Below the pieces are notes generated by a model. It was not told the DNA's origin, did not search any database, and saw nothing but the letters and a program-made list of their open reading frames with translations. The translations under genes and the position numbers were made by a program. A stretch of 64,000 bases of DNA from a virus (lineage: Duplodnaviria > Caudoviricetes), in the IMG/VR virus record IMGVR_UViG_3300033073_001153, positions 1 through 64,000 of that record, one strand, 5' to 3'. Positions 19,121 to 30,034 of this stretch are shown piece after piece; position 1 is the first letter of the stretch, and each line of letters begins with the position of its first letter.

Positions 19121-21682
19121 TCAACAGAAAAGTTCATCTAATGTCATAACTAATTGTTCCGTTGGTTTTCTAGGAACCCATTTCATAACATTATAAAACC
19201 TTTCCACACATTTATACATATCCTTTTCAAACATAACATACATATCTGGTTTCAGTAATTCATTAAATTCCTGTGGATACTTAGTTTTAAAAGCAATTGC
19301 ATCTATTGAATAGACATTTGGCTTTTCTGTATAAAAATATTTTATCTTATCTCCACTTGTTATTTTTTCGTACTTCTTATCCAAACCAAGTTCATCTAAC
19401 AATAAATTGTAATAGTAAGCAGCTTTTACGTGACAAGGCATTCCTTTAACAGTTTTAAATCCTTCTGATTTAGCTTCGTACTTTTCCATGTTTTTAATTC
19501 CAGACAACAAAGATATTTCTGATATATCCATTTTAATAAATTCTTCGTATGCTTCTCTGAAAATATCATTTACTAACTTTTCGGATTTCGTCATAACCAT
19601 ACTTTGAATAATTTTTTCAACATACGGTTTAATGGCTTTTGGCATTGTGGTTCTTACCAATTCAATTCCAGTATACTTCCAATCATCACAAGGAATTCCT
19701 TCTTTGTCTAGAACATGGAAAACATAACGCTTTTTTTCTAGGAAAATAGCAGCATCACACATCAATTCACGTTTAAATTCAAATCTACAGTCATTTGTGT
19801 TTAATGTTTTAACTGCCCATTTGTTGATTCCTTCATTAATATAAGTCTGAAGTTTCTCAGCCGCTTCGTAAGCTTCTTCGGTTATCTTTCCATTCTTGGA
19901 AAATTCTTTTACTAATGGAGTAATTAACACTCCCAAACTGTCTGTATCACCAAAGATCAATCCACTTTCTAATGTTGCTTCGTCTTTTATATCGGTATTT
20001 TCTCTGATATAATTTTTATAAATTTCACGTGCTTGCTTGATTACTGCTTGTCCAGTTAATGTGATAGACTCTGCAATATCCATGTCTCCAATAGGACAAT
20101 ACTTATTAGCTGTGGCACCATACACAGAATTTAAAAAAATTTTTATAGCTTGTTGCTTTGTATCTAATTGATTAATTAAAACTTTTAATTTTTTCTTGTT
20201 TTCTCTGTCTGCTGTTTTAACATCTATTTTTAGTTTCTTTAAATTGTCTCTGATGCTAACACGTTTTTTATAAAACTGATCCATTAAATCCGGCAAAATA
20301 CCTCTTTTTTTCTGCGAGAATAATACTTTAGAACGAGATATCGTAATTCTTTCTTTTCTAATAAAATCATTAAATTCTCTGGGTTTCAGATCTACAATAA
20401 TTCCATCAACATTTCTAATTGTGATTTTATTTTTTTCAATTTCTAGTATCTTTCCTACTTTTGTCTCAGGAGAAGTGTTTAACGTAATCATTGTATTAGG
20501 ATACAACGAATTCGCATCAAATGTTACAATTCCACTATGATGTCCAGCGATAGGATCGGCTACGAACCCTCCTTCGAAATTACGAACTTCTTGATCATCT
20601 ACTACATTTGTAAACAGTTTTTGATTTCTTTTCTTCGCTTCTACTCCTGCTGCTCCAGTTACTACTCCAACTGTTCCAAGAGCAGATTCGAATGTATTAC
20701 ATCCAATATAAGCTAACATTCTGAGCAATTCTATATATTGTAACCGTTCTTCTAGTTTGACCAAAAGACGAACGTCTTGAATGTTATAATCTACGAATGT
20801 TTTCCAATCAGATGTCATGAATTCATATAAACTCATGTCACCATAATCTACTTTTGTTTCATCTAGCTCAACTTGTCCAATGTAATCTAATTTATAACTT
20901 TCTCGATTTTTAGGACAAAACTTTTTGTAAATGTCCATGTAATCTACAGAAGATATTCCTTCTAAATGATGAATGGTATTCATCTTTCCAAATTTTCCCA
21001 ATACTTGTTTGGTATATCTTTTTCTGTATGGTGAAAGTTCATCTGCTCTATCTTTTCCTAAAACACGTTCAACTCTATTGACAATATAAGGAATATCATA
21101 TGCACTCGAATTCCATCCTGATAAAATATCAGGTGAATCTTTCTTCAAAAAATCTACAAATTTATCTAAAAGAACATGTTCAGCACCACAATAAAAATAC
21201 TTAACATCACTTTGTTCTGGTGTGTACGGTTCTGTTCCCCATACATAAAATTTCTTCTTTAATGAATCGTAAATTGTAATTACATTGATTTCATCATTTG
21301 GATCATCTGGAGATGAAAATCCATTTTCTCCTACTGCTTCAATGTCTACAAAGTGAATTTTAAGAGGAAATTTAGTAAAATCTTCCGAATCATTATATTT
21401 CCAGAATGTATCAATCAATACTTGTTGTACTGGACTAAAGTTATCAAACAATCTCTTCAGTCCTCTTTCTTTGATAAATTTATGTTTATCAAAAACAGTT
21501 TCAAATGATCTTTTGGATACTGAAGAATCAAAAATACTGGTTTCGTTTCCGTAATTATCTTCGTAATAAAAATAAGGACGGCACTCGATAGAAGTTACTA
21601 TTCGAGTGCCGTCCTCTGCCCAAGTGTATATGTCTACAGCTTTATTCTTATAATCGTATACTGCGTTTCTGTACCCAAACAT
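19121..21682 (-). CDS. gp43: Family B DNA polymerase (T4 gp43-like)
   Basis: Exo I DIE, Exo II GWNSSAYDIPY, Exo III YNIQD; Pol A DANSLYP, Pol B KIFLNSVYG, Pol C GDTDS; KKRY; C-terminal TLDELF clamp-binding motif. Confidence 0.97.
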   Translation of the reverse strand: MFGYRNAVYDYKNKAVDIYTWAEDGTRIVTSIECRPYFYYEDNYGNETSIFDSSVSKRSFETVFDKHKFIKERGLKRLFDNFSPVQQVLIDTFWKYNDSEDFTKFPLKIHFVDIEAVGENGFSSPDDPNDEINVITIYDSLKKKFYVWGTEPYTPEQSDVKYFYCGAEHVLLDKFVDFLKKDSPDILSGWNSSAYDIPYIVNRVERVLGKDRADELSPYRKRYTKQVLGKFGKMNTIHHLEGISSVDYMDIYKKFCPKNRESYKLDYIGQVELDETKVDYGDMSLYEFMTSDWKTFVDYNIQDVRLLVKLEERLQYIELLRMLAYIGCNTFESALGTVGVVTGAAGVEAKKRNQKLFTNVVDDQEVRNFEGGFVADPIAGHHSGIVTFDANSLYPNTMITLNTSPETKVGKILEIEKNKITIRNVDGIIVDLKPREFNDFIRKERITISRSKVLFSQKKRGILPDLMDQFYKKRVSIRDNLKKLKIDVKTADRENKKKLKVLINQLDTKQQAIKIFLNSVYGATANKYCPIGDMDIAESITLTGQAVIKQAREIYKNYIRENTDIKDEATLESGLIFGDTDSLGVLITPLVKEFSKNGKITEEAYEAAEKLQTYINEGINKWAVKTLNTNDCRFEFKRELMCDAAIFLEKKRYVFHVLDKEGIPCDDWKYTGIELVRTTMPKAIKPYVEKIIQSMVMTKSEKLVNDIFREAYEEFIKMDISEISLLSGIKNMEKYEAKSEGFKTVKGMPCHVKAAYYYNLLLDELGLDKKYEKITSGDKIKYFYTEKPNVYSIDAIAFKTKYPQEFNELLKPDMYVMFEKDMYKCVERFYNVMKWVPRKPTEQLVMTLDELFC

Positions 21683-21688
21683 CTACTC

Positions 21689-21717
21689 AAACTACCAAAA
21701 ACATACACACTAATCAA
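21689..21717 (-). promoter_or_regulatory. Sigma70-type promoter of the polymerase gene
   Basis: TTGATT-17-TAGTTT-6 nt-ATG. Confidence 0.6.
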
Positions 21718-21719
21718 GT

Positions 21720-22931
21720 CTAAATCTTATTGTATCTACCAAGATTTACACGCTTCGGATCACCATAAGGAGTTAAGAACAATTCTTCATAACATCCCAA
21801 ATTTTTGTCTAGTTCCATAAATCTATCTTCTGCTACCGCACGACGTTTTGGTGCATTTTTCTTATAATCCCATCCACTCTTTAATTCTTTTGCGATACAA
21901 TCCATCATTTCATCTCCATTATTGAACTTAATTTCCGCGTGTTCATATGTACGAATATTTTGACATGCAGCAGGAAGACCATAAGCACATGCTTCAATAT
22001 ACTTCAAATCGCTCTTCGCCTTATTGAAGGCATTATCTTGAAGAGGAGCTACCATCATTTGTACTCCAAGATCATGAATTTTTTGTGGATAGTTGTAAAG
22101 TTTTTGCCAAGGATGAAATTCAATTTCTCCACGTTCAATGTAAGGACGAAGTGCTAATGGAAACGCACCCATAAATACCCATTGATATTTTGTTCTACTA
22201 TCAATGATATTTTTAATTACGTGTTCGAAATCATCTTTTTGACCTGTTCTATTTTCCACATCAAAATGAGCACCGCTACCAGCATAAAGAATACGTGGCT
22301 TCTTCTTGTTCTTTTCATACAGAGATGTGATTCTGTCTTGATTATAGAAATTACCAATCCAAAACTTAGCTGGGAAATTAGGAATCACTGTGATTTCTTT
22401 CTTACCTGTACGCATTTGATACAATTCTCTCATGAAATCACAAGTAACACTGACTTCATCACACAAATTAATAATTTCTACAATATTATTTCGAATTTCA
22501 TCAGACACGAAAGCAGTTTTAAATTTGTTGTAATCTGGAATATCTTCACGGAAGACTACATCATCTACTTCATAGATCAACTTAAATCCGCAATCCTTTT
22601 GAATACCTTTTAAGAATTTTACGAATTCTTTCTGTGCATTTAATGCTTGTCTTTGTAATCGAATACTTTTGACATTATGATAAAAACGTGGATCAGTTAC
22701 CATAACAGTACTGTCACAAACCATAGCTTTTCCTTGATAATTAAGAAGATGATTTACCCATCCTAATCGATATAACCCACAACCACTAGTATCTGCACCA
22801 TATTGAATAATTCTTGGTAAATGTGCCTCAGTTGGCTTTTCAATTTGAGCAGGTTGTTCTGGTGGCTTTGAAATCGGAACAATAGGATTGAAACTTTGAA
22901 AAGGTTTCGGTGGAGTAAATGTCGGAATCAT
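21720..22931 (-). CDS. Glycosyltransferase (GT-B fold-like)
   Basis: DTSGCGLYR, IYEVDD, VIPN, ILYAGS, APLQDNAFNKAKSDLKYIEACAYGLP. Confidence 0.8.
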   Translation of the reverse strand: MIPTFTPPKPFQSFNPIVPISKPPEQPAQIEKPTEAHLPRIIQYGADTSGCGLYRLGWVNHLLNYQGKAMVCDSTVMVTDPRFYHNVKSIRLQRQALNAQKEFVKFLKGIQKDCGFKLIYEVDDVVFREDIPDYNKFKTAFVSDEIRNNIVEIINLCDEVSVTCDFMRELYQMRTGKKEITVIPNFPAKFWIGNFYNQDRITSLYEKNKKKPRILYAGSGAHFDVENRTGQKDDFEHVIKNIIDSRTKYQWVFMGAFPLALRPYIERGEIEFHPWQKLYNYPQKIHDLGVQMMVAPLQDNAFNKAKSDLKYIEACAYGLPAACQNIRTYEHAEIKFNNGDEMMDCIAKELKSGWDYKKNAPKRRAVAEDRFMELDKNLGCYEELFLTPYGDPKRVNLGRYNKI

Positions 22932-23003
22932 TTACCACTTAGTTATGAAAACAAAATAAATATTCAAGTACTGAAAAATTATAAAAAACATATAAATAGT
23001 TTT

Positions 23004-24791
23004 ATGCCAAACAAGAAAATTTCTGAATTTCCAGTAACAACGACACTCGCCGGGAGTGATATATTTTTAATTAATCATTTAAATACTACTAGTACAATTT
23101 CTTTCAGTTCATTAAGTGCTGAGATTACTACAGATATTTATACCAACCTTAATAAGCTTTCTTCTGGTATTATTTCTATTAATAATAGCATCAGTGCTTT
23201 AACAGGAACAACTAACGAAGATGAAACTAAACCTACTAACGAAGTAGGTTTTATAAAAAAACTAGCTAAAATGCAACCAAGTAGATATAATTGTGCAGGA
23301 ATTACAACTACAAACAGAGTAATAGTATGGGGATTCGCAAATGGAACCGAATCTGATAACGGTGGAAAACTTGCTAAAGGATTTGCGGCAAATAACAGAG
23401 TATCACCAAATCAATATATCCGTGTTCCTTTTCAAGTAGATTGGGGAATTAATACAGGTGGCAGCGGAATTGATTATTTAGATGAAAATCCAACAATTAA
23501 AATAGAAGATTTATATTGGAATGCCTATGGTGCTTTAGCATTATTAAGTGATGGTACATGTTGGGTTGCTGGTTTTAATGATGGTTATCTAGGAGTTGGA
23601 AATGCTGGATCAACTGCGGCTTTTAAACCAACATGTGGTTTTGTAAAATTAAATTTTGGAGGAGTTAGTATTAAAAAAATAAAATCCGCATCAGATTATA
23701 ATACACAAACTACAATTTTTGCTGCTTTAGATACAAATGACAGTTTATGGCTTTGGGGAAGTACTGCTGATGGAGTTTTTGGTAATTCGGATACACTATT
23801 TAATGATAAAGTTTCAATTCCTACTAAATTAACTACAAAAAATATAGTAGATTGGTCTCCTACTAAGACTACTTCAACGACAGTAAATTTCGAAAATAAC
23901 ATTTTAGATTTCTCAATTAATGGAATAGATTCCGGTGCTACTTCTTTTTGTATTATTACGAAAGATAATAGACTTTATATAGGAGGCGATAATACAAATG
24001 GACAAAGAGGAACAGGAAATAAACTTGCAAGTGGACTTTTTAATCAAGCTAAAAAAAATTCAACCACTTATGTAACCGATGCAGTATCTCTTGTAGAAGG
24101 AATGTATAGTGGTCGTCTTTTTCATTTATATATAAATACAGCAGGAAGTATTTTTGGTGCAGGAAATAATCAAAGTTATAGTTTAGGAAATAATACTACT
24201 ACAGAATCTCTTTATTTTATATCTTGTGCTAATTTACCAGCAGGTACTGTAGCAGAAAAATTATACACAAATAGTTATTACCATCCTTATTGTTTTGCTC
24301 TTTGTAGAGACACAACAACAAATATAAAAACGGCATATAGCTGGGGAAGAAATGGGGCTACTTATGGCTATTGTGGTGTAGATAGTAACGATGAATATAT
24401 TAAAGTTCCTCGACAAATACAATTTAGAAGCGCAGGAAGAATTACAAGACCATTAACTAACATATCGGAAATTTTCATCAGTGATCAAGGTGGATCTGAA
24501 AACGATGGATCTAGAGGATGTGTTGCTATTGTAGATAATAATGGTTATGTATATTTAAATGGTTATAAAACTTATAACGATCCTCCCGAATTTTCTAGCA
24601 GAAATGCTCAAATATTTATTAAACTTCCATTAAAAAATATAAAGCAAGTTATTTTAGGAGGAAATGGTGCTAGTCATGAATGGTCTATTTTTTTATTAAA
24701 AAATGGAACGGTTTGGGGTATAGGTGATGCCGCTGCATATTTATTTGGAGTAGGTACTGATGTAATAAAACATCCATGTAGATTACTATAA
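23004..24791 (+). CDS. RCC1/BLIP-II-like beta-propeller protein with a fibre-type N-terminus (putative receptor-binding protein)
   Basis: Start re-called to ATG 23004 (TATAAATA at 22991-22998); MPNKKISEFP; repeats LWLWGST.DG.FG, LYIGGDNTNGQRGTG, IFGAGNNQSYSLG, AYSWGRN. Confidence 0.8.
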   Translation: MPNKKISEFPVTTTLAGSDIFLINHLNTTSTISFSSLSAEITTDIYTNLNKLSSGIISINNSISALTGTTNEDETKPTNEVGFIKKLAKMQPSRYNCAGITTTNRVIVWGFANGTESDNGGKLAKGFAANNRVSPNQYIRVPFQVDWGINTGGSGIDYLDENPTIKIEDLYWNAYGALALLSDGTCWVAGFNDGYLGVGNAGSTAAFKPTCGFVKLNFGGVSIKKIKSASDYNTQTTIFAALDTNDSLWLWGSTADGVFGNSDTLFNDKVSIPTKLTTKNIVDWSPTKTTSTTVNFENNILDFSINGIDSGATSFCIITKDNRLYIGGDNTNGQRGTGNKLASGLFNQAKKNSTTYVTDAVSLVEGMYSGRLFHLYINTAGSIFGAGNNQSYSLGNNTTTESLYFISCANLPAGTVAEKLYTNSYYHPYCFALCRDTTTNIKTAYSWGRNGATYGYCGVDSNDEYIKVPRQIQFRSAGRITRPLTNISEIFISDQGGSENDGSRGCVAIVDNNGYVYLNGYKTYNDPPEFSSRNAQIFIKLPLKNIKQVILGGNGASHEWSIFLLKNGTVWGIGDAAAYLFGVGTDVIKHPCRLL

Positions 24792-24794
24792 TTC

Positions 24795-26603
24795 TTAGAC
24801 AAATGGATTATAATCTAATTTAGAAGTTATTCCATCACGTTTTTCCAAGAAAATAACATCACCTGTTGCGGCATTTACACTTTCTTTACGATGTGAAATA
24901 ACCAAAACACATTCGTCGTATTTCTCTACACGTTCGTTAATGATTTTAGTAATGTGATCAATTCCCTTTTCGTCTAAACACGAATCGAACAATTCATCAT
25001 ATATACTGATATTATATGTTACGTCTCCCTGTAATCTACGCATATCCATGAAAGTAAACAAACATGCGAAATCAATTGACTTTCTCTCTGCACCACTAAA
25101 ATTAAAATAACTACAGATTTTATTCTTACTGTTTACGATTTGTTCTTCGAAATATTCGTCAAAATTACAGACACAATTTGCATCTAATTTAGTCAAATAG
25201 TAACGAATTCTTTCATTAAAAAGTAAAAGAATCTTCTTAACAATATATGATTTAACTCCTTCTTCAGATACAATAAACTTAACAGTATCTAGAAGATTCA
25301 TTTCATACCGAAACTTATTTACAGATTCTTTTAATGTTTCTAAAACATCTATAGCTTGAAGAATGAATGGATCTACTTCGGTTTTATCTGAATTTAATTC
25401 AGCAATATCTTCATCTAACTGAACCAACCATAAATCTAATTGCTTAATTCGATCTTTGATTCCTTTTTTCTTTTGTTCATTCAATGCATATTGATTTAAT
25501 TTCTTTGTACACTTTTCGTATGCACTTTCTAATTTAATTTTGTTAGATTTTACCTTTTCAATCTTTTCGTCTAGATCAGTAATTTTCTTTTGATCTTCTT
25601 TTATAAATTCAGAAATCTTGCGTTTTTCTTCAGTGATATATTCTTTGTCATGTTCGGTCACAGAACGTAAACAAACTGGACAAGAAGATCCACCTACTCC
25701 AATCTTAGGAAGAAGAGATTGATTGTGATTTAATGAAGCTCTTATCTTGGAACGTTCATCTGTGAAAGATTCTATCTTTTCTTCTAAAGAAATTTTTGCT
25801 TCTTTTAAAGTTTTTATATTATTTTTAATCTCTTCTAAATTTAAAGACTCTTGCTTATCAATTTCTTCATTAAGTTTTTGTTTTTCTTCTGTATTATCTA
25901 ATTTTCTCTGTTCGTATGTAGAAATCTTAGACTTTCTATTAGAAATGATTCTTTCTTTTTGAGAATTTAATGAAACTAAATTTTTGTCAGCATTCTCCAT
26001 GTTATTCAGCTCAATCTCATATTCACGCTTTTTGTCGTTATAAGAATCTCTAGCATTTGTGAGCATTCTACTGAAAACATCTAGATTAAAAATTCCTTCG
26101 ATAAACTTACGCTTATCTACTTTAGACTTAGCCATGAATGGAGTAGTGTTATTAAGTGTCATAATAACACAATTCTCAAAAATACTTGGAGTAGCATTAA
26201 TAATAGAGTGAATCATAGATTCAGTATTTTTAATACTGTCTCTGGTTACATCTTCTCCATTCTTATAAAAATGTAATTTAGAAGGATTCAGTGTTCTGTG
26301 AATTTTATAAGAATCTTGTGAATTTTCCGAAATTACATCGAAATCTAAAATCACTTGACAAACACCATTAGTGAATGAATTTGGAATTAAATCTTTCTTC
26401 AATTCACGAATGGTCATTCCAAATATAGCAAAATACAATGATTCAATCATTGCTGATTTGCCAATACCATTTTGTCTGTCAGACTTGTCGCGATTAACTC
26501 CAGTTACAATATGTAGTCCTTTTTTAAATTCTAAAACAACTGGTTCTTCTCCAAATGAAAGAAAGTTGCTAATACTAATTTTCTTAAAATTTACTCGTTT
26601 CAT
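24795..26603 (-). CDS. gp46: Recombination exonuclease ATPase subunit (gp46, Rad50/SbcC-like)
   Basis: NFLSFG, NGIGKS, coiled coil with CPVC hook, FSGAE, YDELFDSCLD, VISH. Confidence 0.95.
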   Translation of the reverse strand: MKRVNFKKISISNFLSFGEEPVVLEFKKGLHIVTGVNRDKSDRQNGIGKSAMIESLYFAIFGMTIRELKKDLIPNSFTNGVCQVILDFDVISENSQDSYKIHRTLNPSKLHFYKNGEDVTRDSIKNTESMIHSIINATPSIFENCVIMTLNNTTPFMAKSKVDKRKFIEGIFNLDVFSRMLTNARDSYNDKKREYEIELNNMENADKNLVSLNSQKERIISNRKSKISTYEQRKLDNTEEKQKLNEEIDKQESLNLEEIKNNIKTLKEAKISLEEKIESFTDERSKIRASLNHNQSLLPKIGVGGSSCPVCLRSVTEHDKEYITEEKRKISEFIKEDQKKITDLDEKIEKVKSNKIKLESAYEKCTKKLNQYALNEQKKKGIKDRIKQLDLWLVQLDEDIAELNSDKTEVDPFILQAIDVLETLKESVNKFRYEMNLLDTVKFIVSEEGVKSYIVKKILLLFNERIRYYLTKLDANCVCNFDEYFEEQIVNSKNKICSYFNFSGAERKSIDFACLFTFMDMRRLQGDVTYNISIYDELFDSCLDEKGIDHITKIINERVEKYDECVLVISHRKESVNAATGDVIFLEKRDGITSKLDYNPFV

Positions 26604-27649
26604 TAAATTGATTTTTGATAAAGTTCGATTGTATATTGAATAAGATCTTTTTTGTTATTTGTATCTAACATGTCAATAAACTCAATAATAGCTTGTTGAA
26701 CATCAATCCCAGAAAAGTCTCTTTTTTCTTCTTCTAGATCATACTCTGATACATTAGACTCGTATTCTACATTAAGTTGCGAAGGATTTAAAGACTTATA
26801 AACTGTCAATAAAAATTCGGTATCTTCTGGTGTGATGCGCCTATCAATTTTTAATTTTACAAAGTTGTTCAAAAACTTTTCTTTAATAGAATTTGTGATA
26901 GTTTTTTCAGAAATCAAATCAGATAATTTAAAATTAAAATGTTTAGGAGATATATTATTTTTTGTAAAAGTAGTTTCTCCTGTTTCTATATCAAACGTAT
27001 AGTATCCTTTTTCTGTACCAGCATCATTAAAATCCATCTGAAATGGATTTCCGACATATATGATCTTTCCGTCCCCGTATTCTTTTTCGTCTTTTAAGTG
27101 AAAATGTCCAGAAAATATCAAAGAACTCTTTTGTAAGATTTCTTCTGCCAAGAAACCATCTTCACACAAAGAGAAGGTATTCATCCGAAATAGTTGAATC
27201 TCGAAATGACCAAAAGTTACATCTGCTTTTGGAATATCTTCTAACTTAATTCCCCAAGGAATAAAATTTAAAGTCTTTCCGTACTGTTCAACAGAAAGAG
27301 TAGAATCTACAATTTTTACATTTGGCCAATTTTTATACTGAGCAATTGAATTTACTTCAGAACTATCTTTCAAATAGCAATCGTGATTACCAACTAGCAT
27401 CACAAGATTAAAATCCGAAAACAACTCCAATAATTTCGTACCAAAATGTAAAGTATCAACATTTACTTCGTCTCTGGTGTGAAAGTAGTCTCCACAGAAT
27501 ACTATATCTGTTATTCCTTTAGATTTTAAATCTTGAATATACCAATTTGCCCAATTCCAAGAAATATCATGCCAATATTTCGAATCTTGATGAACTCCAA
27601 TATGAAGATCAGAAAAAATTGCGATCTTCGAACTTCTGAATAATCCCAT
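26603..27649 (-). CDS. gp47: Recombination nuclease subunit (gp47, Mre11/SbcD-like)
   Basis: SDLHIG, GDYFH, VGNHD, GHFE, SGHFH, YVGNP. Confidence 0.95.
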   Translation of the reverse strand: MGLFRSSKIAIFSDLHIGVHQDSKYWHDISWNWANWYIQDLKSKGITDIVFCGDYFHTRDEVNVDTLHFGTKLLELFSDFNLVMLVGNHDCYLKDSSEVNSIAQYKNWPNVKIVDSTLSVEQYGKTLNFIPWGIKLEDIPKADVTFGHFEIQLFRMNTFSLCEDGFLAEEILQKSSLIFSGHFHLKDEKEYGDGKIIYVGNPFQMDFNDAGTEKGYYTFDIETGETTFTKNNISPKHFNFKLSDLISEKTITNSIKEKFLNNFVKLKIDRRITPEDTEFLLTVYKSLNPSQLNVEYESNVSEYDLEEEKRDFSGIDVQQAIIEFIDMLDTNNKKDLIQYTIELYQKSI

Positions 27650-27675
27650 CTATTAATAATAGCCGAAATTTTATA

Positions 27676-28128
27676 CTAGTCAAACAAAATTTCTTCTTCT
27701 GTAGAATCTAAAATCGGCTTGACATATATGTGTCCTTCAGAAGAAGAAAGTTCTTCTTCGTATTTTCTCTGACGATATTCCAAAAGTGTATCGTGGTGTT
27801 TCTTTTCTTTCTTTATTCTGTTAATAAAAGCATGATATGCTATTGTTGTAAAATAGCCAAATGGAGAAGATTCTGTTTTAACATCAAATTTCTTTCTTTT
27901 AAGAGCACTAAACATTTTAATAAGTGCATCTCCAACCATTTCTTCTTTATAGCTGTAGTTAATAAACTTGCTATTATATCCTAATCCTTCTGCAATTTTA
28001 TTTAAACAACTTCCCAAATAATCAGTACATTTTCCATTTACATAAAAATCTGTAATTGCTTCTTTAAACTTTTCAGGATCTACATAATATTGTTCTTTTA
28101 TTTTTTTAGGTGAAATGATATCGTCCAT
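27676..28128 (-). CDS. gp55: Late-transcription sigma factor (T4 gp55-like)
   Basis: YYVD...F, KIAEGL...FINYSYKEEMVGDA, PFGYFTTIAYHAFINRIKKEKK. Confidence 0.93.
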   Translation of the reverse strand: MDDIISPKKIKEQYYVDPEKFKEAITDFYVNGKCTDYLGSCLNKIAEGLGYNSKFINYSYKEEMVGDALIKMFSALKRKKFDVKTESSPFGYFTTIAYHAFINRIKKEKKHHDTLLEYRQRKYEEELSSSEGHIYVKPILDSTEEEILFD

Positions 28129-28164
28129 TATGCTTAATTATAATATAAATTAATATTATTTCAA

Positions 28165-29601
28165 CTACTTTTCTTTAATTAAATGTTCTGTAAAAGATAT
28201 TTTTTCATTATTATAAATTTCTTTTCTTTTTTCTGAATGTTCTCTTCCGTATTGAAGGTTATCAGATATATCTATAATTTTTAATTCTTCTTTATTATCA
28301 TTTAAACGAAGTCCACGACCAATACTTTGTACAGTTCTTACAAAGCTCTTTCCTCCAGCAGCAAAAATAATCATATGAATATTTTTAATATTAACGCCAG
28401 TAGAAAATATAGCACTAACTGCTATACAAACTACATTATTAGTAGATTCCATGATAGCTTTAACTTTATCTCTTTCATCTACTGCTACTTCTCCTCTGAT
28501 AAAGAAAACTCTTTTATTTTTTAAATTTTGAGAAAATAGATCATATAAATGTTGTCCATGATCTATATTATTAATTAATATCAAAATGTTATTATTAAAA
28601 TTATTACAAGTAGTTTGTATAACTTTATTTCTAAATGGATTATTTGATATGAATATAAGTTCATTATAATAATCATCTGTAGGATTTCCAGTATTAACAA
28701 CTCTGTCTGGTACACTGTTATAATTCAACTTTATCATATTCACATGAACTGTTGTGAGAAATTTCTCTTCTCTCAATTCGTGTGAATTTTTTTCAATTAA
28801 AACTTGTCCGATTTTTCCTATTATGTTCCATTTATCTAAATTGTCGTCTGGTAAAGTTCCTGTAAAACCAAACTTATTTGGAGTTTTAATCTTTTCGATT
28901 AATTTTGAAGATTTGTTTCCTTTTCCGAATTTATGTGCTTCGTCTAATATTAAAAGATCTACGTCTTGTATCCAACTATTTTGTTCAAATTTGCTACGTA
29001 TAATATCAATATTTGCAATTATTACATTGCAAGAAAAATCAGGCTTAATACTACCCGTCCAACGGGAACACGAAAAGCTTGATTTATAAGACACAAAATC
29101 AGTATACGTCTGATTTACCAGACCAAGATCTGGTACAATAACCAAACATTTAAATTTTTTTAAATCATCTGAATAAAGATAAAAATTTTCAATTAACGTT
29201 GCAATTGTTAATGTTTTACCTGCTCCAGTACCCATTATAACGAGTCCTCGTCCATTTTCTAAACATTTATTAACTGCATTTACTTGATAATCCCGTAAAC
29301 TCAGTGCTAATCTCTGAATTAATGGCTTTTCTAATTTAGGAAATAACTCACGTTTGGCTTCTTCTGTAAATTCTATTCTGTCGGAATACCCTCTTTTTTC
29401 CAAAAGATTGTTTATTTCATGAGAAAGCCCAATATCAAATATTCCATTTGGAGCTATTGCATATAGTCTTTTTTGAACAAAAAAAGAACGATTATATTTT
29501 GCTGCGGGATTTTCGACAGAAAAATATTCTCTTATTTCTGGAACTCGGTCTCCAAAAATAATTCCTTTTTTCTTTTTAGAATCGAAATCTACCTTTAGCA
29601 T
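28165..29601 (-). CDS. uvsW: UvsW SF2 DNA helicase
   Basis: LRDYQ, GTGAGKT, DEAH, GFTGT, STGVNI, QSIGRGLR. Confidence 0.93.
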   Translation of the reverse strand: MLKVDFDSKKKKGIIFGDRVPEIREYFSVENPAAKYNRSFFVQKRLYAIAPNGIFDIGLSHEINNLLEKRGYSDRIEFTEEAKRELFPKLEKPLIQRLALSLRDYQVNAVNKCLENGRGLVIMGTGAGKTLTIATLIENFYLYSDDLKKFKCLVIVPDLGLVNQTYTDFVSYKSSFSCSRWTGSIKPDFSCNVIIANIDIIRSKFEQNSWIQDVDLLILDEAHKFGKGNKSSKLIEKIKTPNKFGFTGTLPDDNLDKWNIIGKIGQVLIEKNSHELREEKFLTTVHVNMIKLNYNSVPDRVVNTGNPTDDYYNELIFISNNPFRNKVIQTTCNNFNNNILILINNIDHGQHLYDLFSQNLKNKRVFFIRGEVAVDERDKVKAIMESTNNVVCIAVSAIFSTGVNIKNIHMIIFAAGGKSFVRTVQSIGRGLRLNDNKEELKIIDISDNLQYGREHSEKRKEIYNNEKISFTEHLIKEK

Positions 29602-29602
29602 T

Positions 29603-29998
29603 TTATAATTGTTCTAATTTCATTACTTCGATCACATTTTTAATATCTTCAGTCAGTTTAGAAAATGTCCAACGTTCATCTTCTAAATATGTGATCAGAT
29701 TTTCTTGTTCTTTAATTTTTTGGTCTAGTTCTTGAATTTCTGGCATGTCTTCAACCATCTTTTCAAGGTTTACCTTTGATAGCTTTACTGGAGAATTTTG
29801 ATCAGCTTTTTCTACCAAAGCTCTGATAATTTTCGCCTTTTTGGATTTCAAATCTTGAATCTCAATTCTATGATCATTTAATCTTGCAGCCCAAAAATGT
29901 TTCTTAGAAGGAGCTAACATTGCTACATCTTTTATGTTAAAAGCATCAATTTTAACCTCTTCTGCAATTTCTTTTTTATATCTATCATAGATACTCAT
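29603..29998 (-). CDS. uvsY: Recombination mediator UvsY
   Basis: 131-aa helical protein upstream of uvsW; APSKKHFW...YLE...IKNVIE pattern. Confidence 0.75.
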   Translation of the reverse strand: MSIYDRYKKEIAEEVKIDAFNIKDVAMLAPSKKHFWAARLNDHRIEIQDLKSKKAKIIRALVEKADQNSPVKLSKVNLEKMVEDMPEIQELDQKIKEQENLITYLEDERWTFSKLTEDIKNVIEVMKLEQL

Positions 29999-30034
29999 AA
30001 TTCTATAATTATAACATTAACATTAAATATTTCA

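Noticed and set aside
22896-23003. ORF-track N-terminal extensions (22896; likewise 10230, 12000, 13736, 31630, 32489, 47499)
   Set aside because: They overlap neighbouring genes, and in most cases a downstream start sits at the canonical distance from a TAAATA motif.
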